Assembly (NCBI GenBank): GCA_963847705.1
Contig: CAWKBC010000021.1
Span: 192,001-256,000 of the forward strand
Direction: 5' to 3'
DNA length: 64,000 bases
From: an uncultured Pseudomonadota bacterium
Lineage (GTDB): Bacteria > Myxococcota_A > Polyangia > Fen-1088
In this document: positions 17,850 through 28,269 of the stretch, piece after piece
How positions within the stretch are numbered: the stretch's first letter is position 1
Layout of the letters: the number at the start of each line of letters is the position of its first letter
Position numbers and translations under genes: made by a program
The notes under the pieces: model-generated
The model's input: the letters and a program-made list of their open reading frames with translations, nothing else
What the model was told of the DNA's origin: nothing
Databases searched by the model: none

Positions 17850-18992
17850 ATGACCACCCAGCAGACGTCCACCCAGCAGACCTCCACCCAGACCCCGCCC
17901 GAGAAGACGAAGCAGGCCCCCGGCGAGACCGAGCGCGCGCGCGCCCTCACCGCCACCCTGGCCGACATCGAGAAGCAGTTCGGCAAGGGGACGTTGATGC
18001 GACTCGGGACCGGGGAGGCGACGGTGGAGGTGCCGGTCATCTCCACGGGGTCGATCGGGCTCGACATCGCGCTGGGGACGGGCGGGCTGCCGCGCGGCCG
18101 CATCGTCGAGGTCTACGGGCCCGAGTCGTCGGGGAAGACCACGCTGGCCCTGCACGTGGTGGCGGAGGCGCAGCGCCTCGGCGGCACCTGCGCCTTCATC
18201 GACGCGGAGCACGCGCTCGACATCGGGTACGCGCGGAAGCTGGGGGTGAAGGCCGACGACCTTCTGGTGTCGCAGCCGGACTGTGGCGAGCAGGCCCTGG
18301 ACATCACCGAGATGCTCATCAAGTCGGAGGCGGTCGACGTGGTGGTGATCGACTCGGTGGCGGCGCTGGTGCCCAAGGCTGAGCTGGAGGGGGAGATGGG
18401 GGACTCGCACATGGGGCTGCAGGCGCGGCTCATGAGCCAGGCGCTGCGCAAGCTGACCGCCGCCATCGCCCGCAGCCACACGCTGGTCATCTTCATCAAC
18501 CAGCTGCGCATGAAGATCGGCGTGATGTTCGGCAACCCGGAGACGACCACCGGGGGCAACGCGCTGAAGTTCTACGCCTCGGTGCGGCTCGACATCCGGC
18601 GGATCGGGGCGCTCAAGGACGGCGATCTGGTGGTGGGCAACCGGACGCGGGTGAAGGTGGTGAAGAACAAGATGGCGGCGCCGTTCCGCGAGACGGAGTT
18701 CGACGTCGGCTACGGCCAGGGGATCTCGCGGGCGGGCGAGATCATCGACCTCGGCGTGGAGGCGGGCCTGCTGGAGAAGAGCGGCGCCTGGATCGCCCAC
18801 CGCGGCGAGCGCCTCGGCAACGGGCGGGAGGCGGCCAAGGCATACCTCCTCGAGCACCAGGAGCTGCTGCGCCAGCTGCGGACCAAGCTGCTGGAGAAGA
18901 GCGGGATCGGCGGGAGCAAAGTTGCGGCGCAAGAGACCGACAAGGCCGAGGCGGCGGAGGCGCGGCCCGCCGCCGCGAAGAAGGCCGCGTGA
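17850..18992 (+). CDS. recA: Recombinase RecA
   Basis: [59 protein letters not shown]. Confidence 0.98.
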   Translation: MTTQQTSTQQTSTQTPPEKTKQAPGETERARALTATLADIEKQFGKGTLMRLGTGEATVEVPVISTGSIGLDIALGTGGLPRGRIVEVYGPESSGKTTLALHVVAEAQRLGGTCAFIDAEHALDIGYARKLGVKADDLLVSQPDCGEQALDITEMLIKSEAVDVVVIDSVAALVPKAELEGEMGDSHMGLQARLMSQALRKLTAAIARSHTLVIFINQLRMKIGVMFGNPETTTGGNALKFYASVRLDIRRIGALKDGDLVVGNRTRVKVVKNKMAAPFRETEFDVGYGQGISRAGEIIDLGVEAGLLEKSGAWIAHRGERLGNGREAAKAYLLEHQELLRQLRTKLLEKSGIGGSKVAAQETDKAEAAEARPAAAKKAA

Positions 18993-19174
18993 GGGGCGCC
19001 TCGCTGACGATCTGCGACGCCCCGCCGGCGAACGACAACGCCTACACCGCCGGGCGGCCGGTGGTGCGCGTCCCCCGCGGCCGCGCCGACAGGACCTATG
19101 CCCGCTCGGAGAACGTCATCCTGCCGCTCCGCTTCGCGGAGCGAATGACCGGGTGGCAGCTGAAGCGCAGCTGA
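18989..19174 (+). CDS. Small hypothetical protein coupled to recA
   Basis: GTGA start/stop overlap with recA; high GC3; 61 aa. Confidence 0.5.
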   Translation: MRGASLTICDAPPANDNAYTAGRPVVRVPRGRADRTYARSENVILPLRFAERMTGWQLKRS

Positions 19175-19290
19175 GCGAGAGAGGCCGCCGGGGCGGCAGA
19201 GAACGGCGTCCCTGCCGGCAGGCCTGGATCCCACCCTGTCTTCATCTCACCTTCGGGCGCGCCAACACCGGCGAAAGAGTGCGGAGAGAT

Positions 19291-19968
19291 TCAGTCGTCC
19301 GCGGTCGGCGGCGCCGGAAGGGGCTGGGTTCGAGCCGCGGGGAGCATCCCCAGGTCGGCCGCCAGGCGCACCAGCTCGGCCAGGTTGTGAAGCCCGAGCT
19401 TGTGGTTGATCCGGTAAAGGTGACTGTCGACGGTCTTGCGGGCGATGCAGAGCTCGCGGGCGATCTCTCGGGCCGGCACACACTGCGCGGCCAATCTGAA
19501 GATCTCCCGTTCTCGCTCGGTGAGGACCGTCAGGACGTCGTCGCTCTTGCCTCGCTGTTTTTCCAGGGTCGAGAGACTCCCGACCAGGGCCGGGGCCACG
19601 TAACGCTGGCCCCGACTGACGGTCAGGATCGCCTCGACCAGGGTCTCGGGCTCGTCGCTCTTGAGCACGTACCCGGACGCCCCGGCCTCGAAGGCATCGA
19701 AGACGTCATTGACCTGGTCGTGCGCGGTCACGATCACCACGCGCGCCTGCGGGACCCTCCGCCGGATCTCTCGCGTGGCCAGGACGCCGTCCATGCCGGG
19801 CATCGCGATGTCCATCAGCACGATGTCGGGTCTGACGGTGTCCACCAGCTCCAGGCCGCGGCGCGCCGTGCTTGCCTCTCCGGCGATCTCGAAGCCCGCG
19901 GTGCCTCCCAGCGCCAGGCGCGCGCCCATCCGAAACAGAGCGTGGTCGTCGACCAGGATGATCTTCAT
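19291..19968 (-). CDS. NarL/LuxR-family response regulator
   Basis: MKIILVDDH, DIAMPGMDG, GYVLKS, LTEREREI...KTVDSH. Confidence 0.92.
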   Translation of the reverse strand: MKIILVDDHALFRMGARLALGGTAGFEIAGEASTARRGLELVDTVRPDIVLMDIAMPGMDGVLATREIRRRVPQARVVIVTAHDQVNDVFDAFEAGASGYVLKSDEPETLVEAILTVSRGQRYVAPALVGSLSTLEKQRGKSDDVLTVLTEREREIFRLAAQCVPAREIARELCIARKTVDSHLYRINHKLGLHNLAELVRLAADLGMLPAARTQPLPAPPTADD

Positions 19969-20067
19969 CTGCCAGCAGGTCCCACAGGGCAGAGGGTACT
20001 CCGATGCCCGGCGTTTCGACGCCGGATTGTCGTCGGTCACCGCCTCGATGACCGCAATCACGCGCCG

Positions 20068-20160
20068 GGCGACCGGGGGCTCCCTGCGCGCGCACGTCGC
20101 CGCGCGGTTCCCCCTCGAGCGGGTGGCGGAAGCTCACCGCCACATCGAGACCGGCCGGAC
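20068..20160 (+). pseudogene. C-terminal relic of an MDR/quinone oxidoreductase
   Basis: GSLRAHVAARFPLERVAEAHRHIETGRT with no upstream domain. Confidence 0.55.
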
Positions 20161-20254
20161 TTCTCTGCTACGAAACAATTGCTCCCAACTCGTCGCTTGC
20201 TGATGGCGGGGCGCGGGCTATGAGATAGGGCGAGCAGTTGAGACAGGGGGGGCC

Positions 20255-22618
20255 ATGGCCGACGGACCACTTTCGACCGGGGAGCTGAACGCGCTCGATG
20301 CCTACTGGCGCGCGGCGAACTATCTGACCGTCGGGCAGATCTATCTGCAGGACAATCCGCTCCTGCGCGAGCCGCTCCGGGCGGAGCAGATCAAGCCGCG
20401 GCTCCTGGGGCACTGGGGGACCTCGCCGGGCCTGAGCCTGGCCTACGTCCACATGAACCGCGCCATCCGGGCGCGCGACCTGAACGCGATCTTCCTGGCG
20501 GGTCCGGGGCACGGCGGCCCGGCCGTCCTGGCCAACGTCTATCTCGAGGGCACCTACTCCGAGACCTACCCTGCGGTGACGACCGATGTTTCGGGTCTGC
20601 GTGCTTTCTTTCGGCAGTTCTCCACGCCGGGGGGCGTCCCCAGCCACGTCAGTCCGCCGACCCCCGGCTCGATCCATGAAGGTGGGGAGCTCGGGTACGT
20701 GCTCAGCCACGCCTTCGGCGCCGTCTTCGACAACCCGGGCCTGCTGGCGCTGGCGGTGGTCGGGGACGGCGAGGCCGAGACCGGGCCGCTCGAGGGATCG
20801 TGGAAGGGGATCAGCTTCTTGAACCCGGTGCGTGACGGAGCGGTGCTGCCGATCTTGCATCTCAACGGCTACAAGATCTCCGGTCCCACGGTCCTCGGGC
20901 GCTCGACCGACGCCGACATCGCGGCGCTGCTCACCGGCCACGGGTACGACCCACGCTTCGTCAGCGGCGATCAGCCGGCGGCGGTCCACCAGGCGCTCGC
21001 GGCGGCGCTCGACGGTTGCCTGACCACCATCGCCCGCATCCAGACCGAGGCACGGGCCGCCGGCAAGGTCGCCTCCCGCCCGCGCTGGCCGGTGCTCGTG
21101 CTCCGCACGCCCAAGGGGTGGACGGGGCCGAAGGAGGTCGACGGCGTGCCGGTCGAGGGGACCTTCCGCGCGCACCAGGTTCCGCTCGCCGAGGTCCGGA
21201 GCAACCCGGGCCACCTCGCCATGCTGGAGCGCTGGATGAAGAGCTACCGCCCGGAGGAGCTCTTCGACCAGGAGGGACGTCTGCTCGCCCCTCTGCGCGA
21301 GCTCGCGCCCAGGGGAGATCGTCGGATGGGCGCCAACCCGCACGCCAACGGCGGCCGTCTCTCGGTTGCGCTCGATCGTCCCGCGCTCGAACCGCACGCG
21401 CTCGCGGTGGAGCGACCCGGCGCTCTCAAGCACGAGTCGACGCGCCAGCTCGGGCTCTGGCTCCGCGAGCTCTACGGCCGCAACCCCTACAACTTCCGGC
21501 TCTTCTGCCCCGACGAGACCAACTCGAACCGCCTGGGCGCCGTGTTCGACGACGAGGACCGCTGTCTGGTCGAGCGGGTCGAGCCGGGCGACGACCACGT
21601 GGCGGCCGACGGTCGCGTGATGGAGGTGCTGAGCGAGCACAACTGCGAGGGGTGGCTGGAGGGCTACCTGCTCACCGGCCGGCACGGCCTGTTCGCGACC
21701 TACGAGGCCTTCGCGCTGATCGTCGCCTCGATGGCCACCCAGCACGCCAAGTGGCTGGAGGCCTGCGTCGACCTGCCCTGGCGCGCTCCGGTCCCCTCGC
21801 TGAACATCCTGCTCACCTCCACCTGCTGGCGCAACGATCACAACGGCTTCAGCCACCAGGGGCCGGGGTTCATGGACACCATCCTGTCGAAGAAGGGGAC
21901 GGTGGCCCGCATCTATCTGCCGCCCGACGCCAACTGTCTCCTCTCCGTCGCCGATCATGCGATGGCCAGCCACAACTACGTCAACCTGATCATCATCGAC
22001 AAGCAGCCGGAGCTGCAGTGGCTCGACCTCGAGGCGGCGCGCGCGCACTGCGCCCGGGGCGCCTCCGTCTGGCCATGGGCCGGCAACGAGGACGGCGGCG
22101 CGCCCGACGTGGTGCTCGCCTGCGCCGGCGACGTGGCGACCCTGGAGACGCTGGCCGCCGCCTGGTGGCTGCGGAAGAAGGCGCCGGGGCTCAAGCTGCG
22201 GGTGGTGAACATCGTCGACCTGATGGCGCTCTACGCCGCGTCGGAGCACCCGCACGGCATGACCGACGAGCGCTTCGCCGACCTCTTCACCGAGGACACC
22301 GACGTCGTGTTCGCCTTCCATGGCTACCAGGGCGCGGTCCACCAGGTCATTCACCGCCGCCCCAACCCGGCGCGCTTCCACGTCCGCGGCTACCGCGAGG
22401 AGGGGACGACCACCACGCCCTTCGACATGGTGGTGCTGAACGAGACCAGCCGATTTCACCTGGCGATCGAGGCGCTCCGGCGCGCGCGGCGGCCGCAGCC
22501 CGAGGCGGACCTCCTCATCGACGAGTGCCGCGCGATCCTGACGCGCCACCGGGCCTACGTGCGCGCGCACTTCGAGGACATGCCCGAGATCCGAGACTGG
22601 ACCTGGACCTCGCCGTGA
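20255..22618 (+). CDS. xfp: Xylulose-5-phosphate/fructose-6-phosphate phosphoketolase
   Basis: GHWGTSPG, GPGHG, HEGGELGY, GDGEAETGP, PDETNSNRL, DHNGFSHQGPG. Confidence 0.97.
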   Translation: MADGPLSTGELNALDAYWRAANYLTVGQIYLQDNPLLREPLRAEQIKPRLLGHWGTSPGLSLAYVHMNRAIRARDLNAIFLAGPGHGGPAVLANVYLEGTYSETYPAVTTDVSGLRAFFRQFSTPGGVPSHVSPPTPGSIHEGGELGYVLSHAFGAVFDNPGLLALAVVGDGEAETGPLEGSWKGISFLNPVRDGAVLPILHLNGYKISGPTVLGRSTDADIAALLTGHGYDPRFVSGDQPAAVHQALAAALDGCLTTIARIQTEARAAGKVASRPRWPVLVLRTPKGWTGPKEVDGVPVEGTFRAHQVPLAEVRSNPGHLAMLERWMKSYRPEELFDQEGRLLAPLRELAPRGDRRMGANPHANGGRLSVALDRPALEPHALAVERPGALKHESTRQLGLWLRELYGRNPYNFRLFCPDETNSNRLGAVFDDEDRCLVERVEPGDDHVAADGRVMEVLSEHNCEGWLEGYLLTGRHGLFATYEAFALIVASMATQHAKWLEACVDLPWRAPVPSLNILLTSTCWRNDHNGFSHQGPGFMDTILSKKGTVARIYLPPDANCLLSVADHAMASHNYVNLIIIDKQPELQWLDLEAARAHCARGASVWPWAGNEDGGAPDVVLACAGDVATLETLAAAWWLRKKAPGLKLRVVNIVDLMALYAASEHPHGMTDERFADLFTEDTDVVFAFHGYQGAVHQVIHRRPNPARFHVRGYREEGTTTTPFDMVVLNETSRFHLAIEALRRARRPQPEADLLIDECRAILTRHRAYVRAHFEDMPEIRDWTWTSP

Positions 22619-22646
22619 GCGACGCGGCCCGCCCCGGGGACGATGA

Positions 22647-23207
22647 CTACCCCAGGCCCCGGAGCCACTCTTCGCTGGTGACGACCTCCGCCTGGCGCAC
22701 GAAGACCTTTTCCAGCAGCACGCGGTGGACCTCCGGATCGGGATCGAAGCAGAGGTCGGAGAGCACCGTCAGGCGATAGTCCTTGTCGGCGGCCTCGCGG
22801 AGCGTCGAGAGCACCACGCCGCTGGTGGCGATGCCACAGAGCACCAGGTGCTGGACGTCCCCGCTGCGGAGAACGACCTCCAGATCGCTGCCGGTGAAGG
22901 CGCTCACCCGCCGCTTGGTGAGCACCACGTCGCCTTCTTCCGGCGTCAGCGCCGGACGCGGATCGATGAGAAACGCCGGGGTTGGCTGCTGCTTGTAGGC
23001 CCCGAACCCCCGGTTGCGGGCCGAGGCGTCGGGCATTCCAGGTCGGAAGCCGACCACCACGAAGCGCACCGGGATCGCCTGGCGGCGCGCCGCTTCGACG
23101 GCCGAGCGAACGCGGGCGAGATAGTCGTCCTTGTCGGGCAGGCGTTCGAGGATCCCGGGCTGCACGTCCATCACCAAGAGCGCGCTGTTCTGGGCGGGGT
23201 TGGGCAT
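22647..23207 (-). CDS. Isochorismatase-like hydrolase
   Basis: ALLVMDVQ, KRRVSAFTGSDL, GIATSGVV, LREAADKDY. Confidence 0.88.
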   Translation of the reverse strand: MPNPAQNSALLVMDVQPGILERLPDKDDYLARVRSAVEAARRQAIPVRFVVVGFRPGMPDASARNRGFGAYKQQPTPAFLIDPRPALTPEEGDVVLTKRRVSAFTGSDLEVVLRSGDVQHLVLCGIATSGVVLSTLREAADKDYRLTVLSDLCFDPDPEVHRVLLEKVFVRQAEVVTSEEWLRGLG

Positions 23208-23239
23208 GCACCGACGATAGACTGCGCATGCGAATTGCA

Positions 23240-23264
23240 CAAGTCACTTGCGCAAGTTACTTGC
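23240..23264. promoter_or_regulatory. Tandem palindromic operators, probably bound by the MarR protein
   Basis: CAAGT-C-ACTTG (23240-23250) and GCAAGT-T-ACTTGC (23252-23264) between divergent genes. Confidence 0.65.
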
Positions 23265-23295
23265 TTAGATGGCGCGCGGACGATAGATTCGGAGC

Positions 23296-23772
23296 GTGCC
23301 CCCGAAGTCCAAGCTCCCGGCGGCCGACACGCTGGCGGTGAGGCTGGCCGTCGCGCTCAAGCGCCTGCACGCCCGGCTCCGCGAAGCGGCCTGGTCGTCG
23401 GGGGTGGAGGTGCCGATCGCGCAGCTCTCCATCCTCAAACGTCTGCGGGACGGCGGGCCCACCACGGCGGCGGTCCTCGCCGCGGCCGAGCACGTGAGCC
23501 ATCAGGCCATCGCGCAGACGCTGGTGGCCCTCAAGCGCGCCGGGCTGGTGGGCATGGCGCCCGATCCCAACGACGGGCGGAAGAGCCTGGTGCGCATCAC
23601 CGCCCTCGGCCGTCGCCTGTTCGCCTCCGCGGTCGCCTCGCGCGACGCCTGGCTCGCGCACGCCATCGAAGAGACCGTACCGGCCACCGAGCGGTCCGCC
23701 CTCGAGCGGACCATCCTGTTGCTCGAACGCCTCGCCGCGGCCGATCGCCCCCGGTCTTCCGTGGGTGGGTAG
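23296..23772 (+). CDS. MarR-family regulator
   Basis: LAAAEHVSHQAI..L..AGLV..PDPNDGRK..ITALG. Confidence 0.9.
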   Translation: MPPKSKLPAADTLAVRLAVALKRLHARLREAAWSSGVEVPIAQLSILKRLRDGGPTTAAVLAAAEHVSHQAIAQTLVALKRAGLVGMAPDPNDGRKSLVRITALGRRLFASAVASRDAWLAHAIEETVPATERSALERTILLLERLAAADRPRSSVGG

Positions 23773-23784
23773 GGGAGGGGGGCG

Positions 23785-25029
23785 ATGTCGCGCGTTCTCT
23801 CGCGCACCTTCCACGCGCTCCGGAACCGAAATTTTCGGCTCTTCTTCGTCGGGCAGACGATCTCCAACACCGGCAACGGGCTGACCAACGTCGCGCTCAT
23901 CCTGTTCGTTCTGCAGCTCACCCACAGCGGCTTCGCGGTCGGTGCGCTGGCCGCCTGTCAATTCGGACCGCTGCTCCTGCTCTCGGCCTGGGCGGGGGTC
24001 GTCGCCGACCGCGGCGAGAAGCGGAGCCTCCTGCTCCTCACGCAGAGCCTCGAGATGTTGCAGTCCGTCGGGCTGGCGGTGCTGGCGTTTCGTCCCGCCT
24101 CGCCCCATCCGCCGATGGTCGCGCTCTACGGTCTGGCGCTCGCCGGCGGCGTCCTGCTGGCCTTCGACAACCCGCTCCGCCGCTCGTTCGTGCCGGAGAT
24201 GGTCCCCAAGGACGATCTGGCGAACGCCGTGGTCCTCTACAGCACCATCGTCAGCGTCTCGCAGGTCTTCGGGCCCGCGCTGGCCGGGCTCATCGCCACC
24301 ACGCTCGGCTATGGATGGTGCTTCGCGCTCGACGCGGTCTCTTACCTGGCCGTGATCGCCTGCCTCTTGATGATGCGCGTCGCCGAGCTCTTCAGGGCTC
24401 CCCGGGCGCCGCGCACGGGCCGCGGGGTGCGCGACGGGCTGCGCTACGTGCTCTCGGTGCGTGACCTCTGGCTCAGCTTCGCGATGTTCGCCGCCGTCGG
24501 CACCTTCTCCTTCAATTTTCGCGTCGCGCTCCCGCTCCTGGTGACCCGCTCGCTCCATGGCACCGACGTCGGGTTCACCGCGCTTTACACGATCACCAGC
24601 CTGGGCGCGGTGGTGGGCGCGCTCCTGGTGGCGCACCGGAGGTTCGTCGAGCTTCGGCACGTGATCGGCGCCGCCTTCGCGCTCGGCGTGGCGATGCTCG
24701 TCCTCTCCGCGACGCCCAACCTCTATCTGGCTGCGCCCGCGGTGTTCCTGGTGGGCGGCGCGAGCATCGTGTTCATGACGGCCATCACCTCGCTGGCCCA
24801 GGTCGATACGCCGCGCGACATGATCGGCCGCGTACTGGCCTTGCAGACCGCGCTCATCGGCGGCACCGCGCTCGTCGGCGGTCCCATCGTGGGCCGGCTC
24901 GCCGACTTCGGCGGTGGCCGGGCCCCCATCGTCGTCGGCGGCCTCGTCTGCCTGGTCGCTTCGCTGGCGGCGCGCGCGGTGCAGACCGATTCATTCCGAT
25001 CTTCGAAACGGCCGGCCGACAATCAATGA
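23785..25029 (+). CDS. MFS transporter (MFS_3/DHA3-like)
   Basis: RNFRLFFVGQ, GVVADR, about 12 TM segments. Confidence 0.9.
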   Translation: MSRVLSRTFHALRNRNFRLFFVGQTISNTGNGLTNVALILFVLQLTHSGFAVGALAACQFGPLLLLSAWAGVVADRGEKRSLLLLTQSLEMLQSVGLAVLAFRPASPHPPMVALYGLALAGGVLLAFDNPLRRSFVPEMVPKDDLANAVVLYSTIVSVSQVFGPALAGLIATTLGYGWCFALDAVSYLAVIACLLMMRVAELFRAPRAPRTGRGVRDGLRYVLSVRDLWLSFAMFAAVGTFSFNFRVALPLLVTRSLHGTDVGFTALYTITSLGAVVGALLVAHRRFVELRHVIGAAFALGVAMLVLSATPNLYLAAPAVFLVGGASIVFMTAITSLAQVDTPRDMIGRVLALQTALIGGTALVGGPIVGRLADFGGGRAPIVVGGLVCLVASLAARAVQTDSFRSSKRPADNQ

Positions 25030-25080
25030 GTGGTCGCTCACCGCGTTCTGGCCCAGGAGGTATCGTGGGGGGGGCCAATC

Positions 25081-25536
25081 ATGATCGTCGGCGTCATCTC
25101 GGACACACATGGATTGTTGCGACCCGAGGCGCTGACTGCGCTTCAGGGCTCAGATCGCATCATCCACGCGGGTGACGTGGGCGGGCCGGAGGTGCTCGCC
25201 GCTCTGTCGGCGCTGGCCCCGGTCACCGTCGTGCGAGGCAACAACGATCGCGGCGCCTGGGCAAAAGCGATCGCGGCCACAGAGGTCGTCGAGGCGGACG
25301 GGCTGCTCATCTATGTCATCCATGACGTCAAGGAGCTCGACCTCGATCCGGTGGCAGGGGGATTCCGGATCGTCGTGTCTGGACACTCCCACCGTCCGGC
25401 ACAGGAGGAGCGCGACGGCGTGCTCTGGTTCAATCCGGGCAGCGCGGGCCCGCGCCGGTTTCAGCTGCCGATCGCGGTCGGTCGCCTCACCATCGCCGGC
25501 GGCGTGGCCCGCGGGGAGATCATGACGATCGGGTGA
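25081..25536 (+). CDS. YfcE-like metallophosphoesterase
   Basis: SDTH, HAGD, GNND, GHSH, NPGS. Confidence 0.9.
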   Translation: MIVGVISDTHGLLRPEALTALQGSDRIIHAGDVGGPEVLAALSALAPVTVVRGNNDRGAWAKAIAATEVVEADGLLIYVIHDVKELDLDPVAGGFRIVVSGHSHRPAQEERDGVLWFNPGSAGPRRFQLPIAVGRLTIAGGVARGEIMTIG

Positions 25537-25728
25537 GGGTGAGCTCCCGCCGCCGCGGGCGGTCGTCTTCCAGCTCGTGCAGACATGCAGTCTCCCTTTG
25601 CAAAGCTGATGTTGGTCGGTGCGACGGGCAAGCCTGCGGGCTATCTCATCGCAGAATTCGATCGTCGGGGTTCACCGGCGACAACTTCGCGCGCTCGCCC
25701 ACCGAGAAACGGTAAGCTGAGGCGCCCC

Positions 25729-28239
25729 GTGCAGCTCGTCATCGCCGAGAAGCCATCCGTCGCGCGCGATCTGGCGCGCGTGCTCGGCATCCGCGGCACC
25801 GGCAAGCACGCCCTCGAGGGGCCCGGGCGGGTCATCACCTGGTGCATCGGCCACCTCGTCGAGCTCGAGGAGCCCGCCGCCTACGATCCGGCCTGGAAGG
25901 CGTGGCGGCTCGACACGCTGCCCATGCTGCCCGCCACCTTCAAGCTGCGCCCAGTCCCGAGCACGCGCGATCAGCTGCGGGTCGTGCGGGAGCTGCTGCG
26001 CGATCGGCGCTTCAACGAGGTGGTGAACGCCTGCGACGCCGGGCGGGAAGGTGAGCTCATCTTTCGCTACGTCTATGAGCTGGCAGGCAGCCGCCTTCCG
26101 ATCAAGCGCCTGTGGATCTCGTCCCTCACCGACGAGGCGATCCGGGCGGGCTTCGCCCGGCTGCGCCCCGGCGTCGAGCTGGACGCGCTGGCCAGCGCCG
26201 CGCGCTGTCGCTCGGAGGCGGACTGGCTCGTCGGCATGAACGCCACCCGGGCCGTCACGGTGAGCTCGCGGGCCGCCGCGCCGCGCCCCCGCCTGGCGCG
26301 CCCGCCGCGCCGCGGCCAGCGTGGGCAGAGCGACTCGCCGCTCTATTCGATCGGCCGCGTGCAGACGCCGACGCTGGCCATCCTGGTGCGGCGGGAGCTG
26401 GAGATCCGGCAGTTCCGGCCGTGTGACTACTGGGAGGTGCGCGGGGTGTTCGCGCCCGCGGGGGCAGAGGGCGAGGCGGCCGAAAAAGTGACCGCCACCT
26501 GGGGCGTCGCGCTGCCGGACGGCAAGGCCATCCGCTCGCGCCTCGGCGCGCGCACCCTGGCGGAGGAGATCGTCGCCCGCGGGGCGCTCGCCGCGGGTGG
26601 GCCGCACGGCGCCGTGGTCGAGCGGCTGCGGCAAAAGCGCGTGCGCGAGCCGCCGCCCCTGCTGTTCGATCTGACGTCGCTGCAGCGGACCGCCAACCGC
26701 CGTTTTGGTCTGTCGGCGACGGCGACGCTGGCGGCCGCCCAGGCGCTGTACGAGCGATACAAGATCCTCACCTACCCCCGGACGGACTCGCGCCACCTCA
26801 CGAGCGACCTGGCGAAGGAGCTGCCCAAGCTGTTCGGGGCGCTGGCCGCGCTGCCCGACTACGCGCGCTTCGCGGCGCCGCTGCTCGCGAGCGCGCCCGC
26901 GCGCTCGCGCCGCGTATTCGACGACGCCAAGGTGAACGACCACCACGCCATCGTCCCCACCGGCAAGCCCGTGCGGCTCGAGGAGCTGCCCCAGGATGAG
27001 CGGCGCATCTTCGATCTGGTGGCGCGGCGCTTTCTCGGCGCCTTCCACCCCGACGCCGAGTTCGCGCTCACCGACGTCGTCATCCGCCTCGGTCCTTCGG
27101 AGGCCCCGTCAGACCGCGCGCCGCGCGCCGCGGCCGAACCGGGCGACGCCGATCTGGCCGCGGGCGCCGACGAAACGCTGGTCATGACGTTGCCGCCGCC
27201 GCCCGATCGCTACCGCGCGCGGGGACGGGTGCGGCTCGTCGCCGGCTGGCAGGACGTCGCCCAGCTCGGCCAGCCCGCTCGGCCCGGTCAGTCCGGCGCG
27301 ACCCAGGGCGAGCGCGGAACCCGCGGCGACGTCGGGGACGGCGAGGGTGGGCCGACGCTGCCACCACTCGCGGAGGGACAACGCCTGGAAGGCAAGCTCG
27401 AGCTTTTGACCAAGCAGACGCGCCCGCCCCCCCGCCACACGGAGGCGACGCTGCTGGGCGCGATGGAGTCGGCGGGACGCGACATCTCCGACGAGGAGCT
27501 GCGCGCGGCCATGCGCGATTCGGGCCTGGGCACGCCCGCGACGCGCGCCGCGACAATCGAGACGCTGGTCCGGCGGACCTTCGTGGCCCGCGACGGGAAG
27601 AACCTCGTGCCCACGGAGATGGGCATCGGGCTCATCGACGCCCTGCCCGAGAAGAGCCTGGCCTCGCCCGAGCTGACCGGGAGCTGGGAGGCGCGCCTGG
27701 CGCGCATGGCGCGCGGCCAGGAGACGCGCGCTGCGTTCATGGCGGACATCTCCCGCTACGTGAGCGACGTGGTGACCGCAATCCGCGGCGGTGCCGGCGT
27801 CGTGCAGGCGTCGGGAGCGAGGGCGCCGCGCCCCCCGCACCTCGCGACCGGCGCGTCGGTCGCCTCCGGGACCCCGCCCAAGCCAAGGGCGGCACCCCGG
27901 GCGCCGGGCGCGAGCGCCGCGCGCGCCCTCGCGCCGGCCGGAGGGACACCCGTGGCCGCGACGCTCGGTTGCCCGCGCTGCAAACAGGGCGTCCTGGTGG
28001 CGGGGAATCGTGGTTGGGGCTGCGCCCGTTGGCGCGAGGGGTGCGCTTTCGTGATCTGGTTCGAGATCGCCGGGCGCCGCATCACCGAGGCCGAGCTCAG
28101 CGACCTGGTGTCGAAGGGGAAGACCCGCAAACGAAAGTGGCGCTCGGTCGCAGGGACGGAGATCGGAGGCCGCCTGGTCCTGGATCTGTCGGCCACCCGC
28201 GCCGCGGGCGCGGCCCGCCTCGACGCGCCCGGCGAGTAG
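25729..28239 (+). CDS. topB: DNA topoisomerase III (type IA) with C-terminal Zn ribbon
   Basis: IAEKPSVA, DAGREGELI, GRVQTPTL, TYPRTDS, DHHAI, GLGTPATRA, CPRC..WGC. Confidence 0.92.
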   Translation: MQLVIAEKPSVARDLARVLGIRGTGKHALEGPGRVITWCIGHLVELEEPAAYDPAWKAWRLDTLPMLPATFKLRPVPSTRDQLRVVRELLRDRRFNEVVNACDAGREGELIFRYVYELAGSRLPIKRLWISSLTDEAIRAGFARLRPGVELDALASAARCRSEADWLVGMNATRAVTVSSRAAAPRPRLARPPRRGQRGQSDSPLYSIGRVQTPTLAILVRRELEIRQFRPCDYWEVRGVFAPAGAEGEAAEKVTATWGVALPDGKAIRSRLGARTLAEEIVARGALAAGGPHGAVVERLRQKRVREPPPLLFDLTSLQRTANRRFGLSATATLAAAQALYERYKILTYPRTDSRHLTSDLAKELPKLFGALAALPDYARFAAPLLASAPARSRRVFDDAKVNDHHAIVPTGKPVRLEELPQDERRIFDLVARRFLGAFHPDAEFALTDVVIRLGPSEAPSDRAPRAAAEPGDADLAAGADETLVMTLPPPPDRYRARGRVRLVAGWQDVAQLGQPARPGQSGATQGERGTRGDVGDGEGGPTLPPLAEGQRLEGKLELLTKQTRPPPRHTEATLLGAMESAGRDISDEELRAAMRDSGLGTPATRAATIETLVRRTFVARDGKNLVPTEMGIGLIDALPEKSLASPELTGSWEARLARMARGQETRAAFMADISRYVSDVVTAIRGGAGVVQASGARAPRPPHLATGASVASGTPPKPRAAPRAPGASAARALAPAGGTPVAATLGCPRCKQGVLVAGNRGWGCARWREGCAFVIWFEIAGRRITEAELSDLVSKGKTRKRKWRSVAGTEIGGRLVLDLSATRAAGAARLDAPGE

Positions 28240-28269
28240 CAGGGCCCGGAGCGCCCGGCGCGCGCGCCG

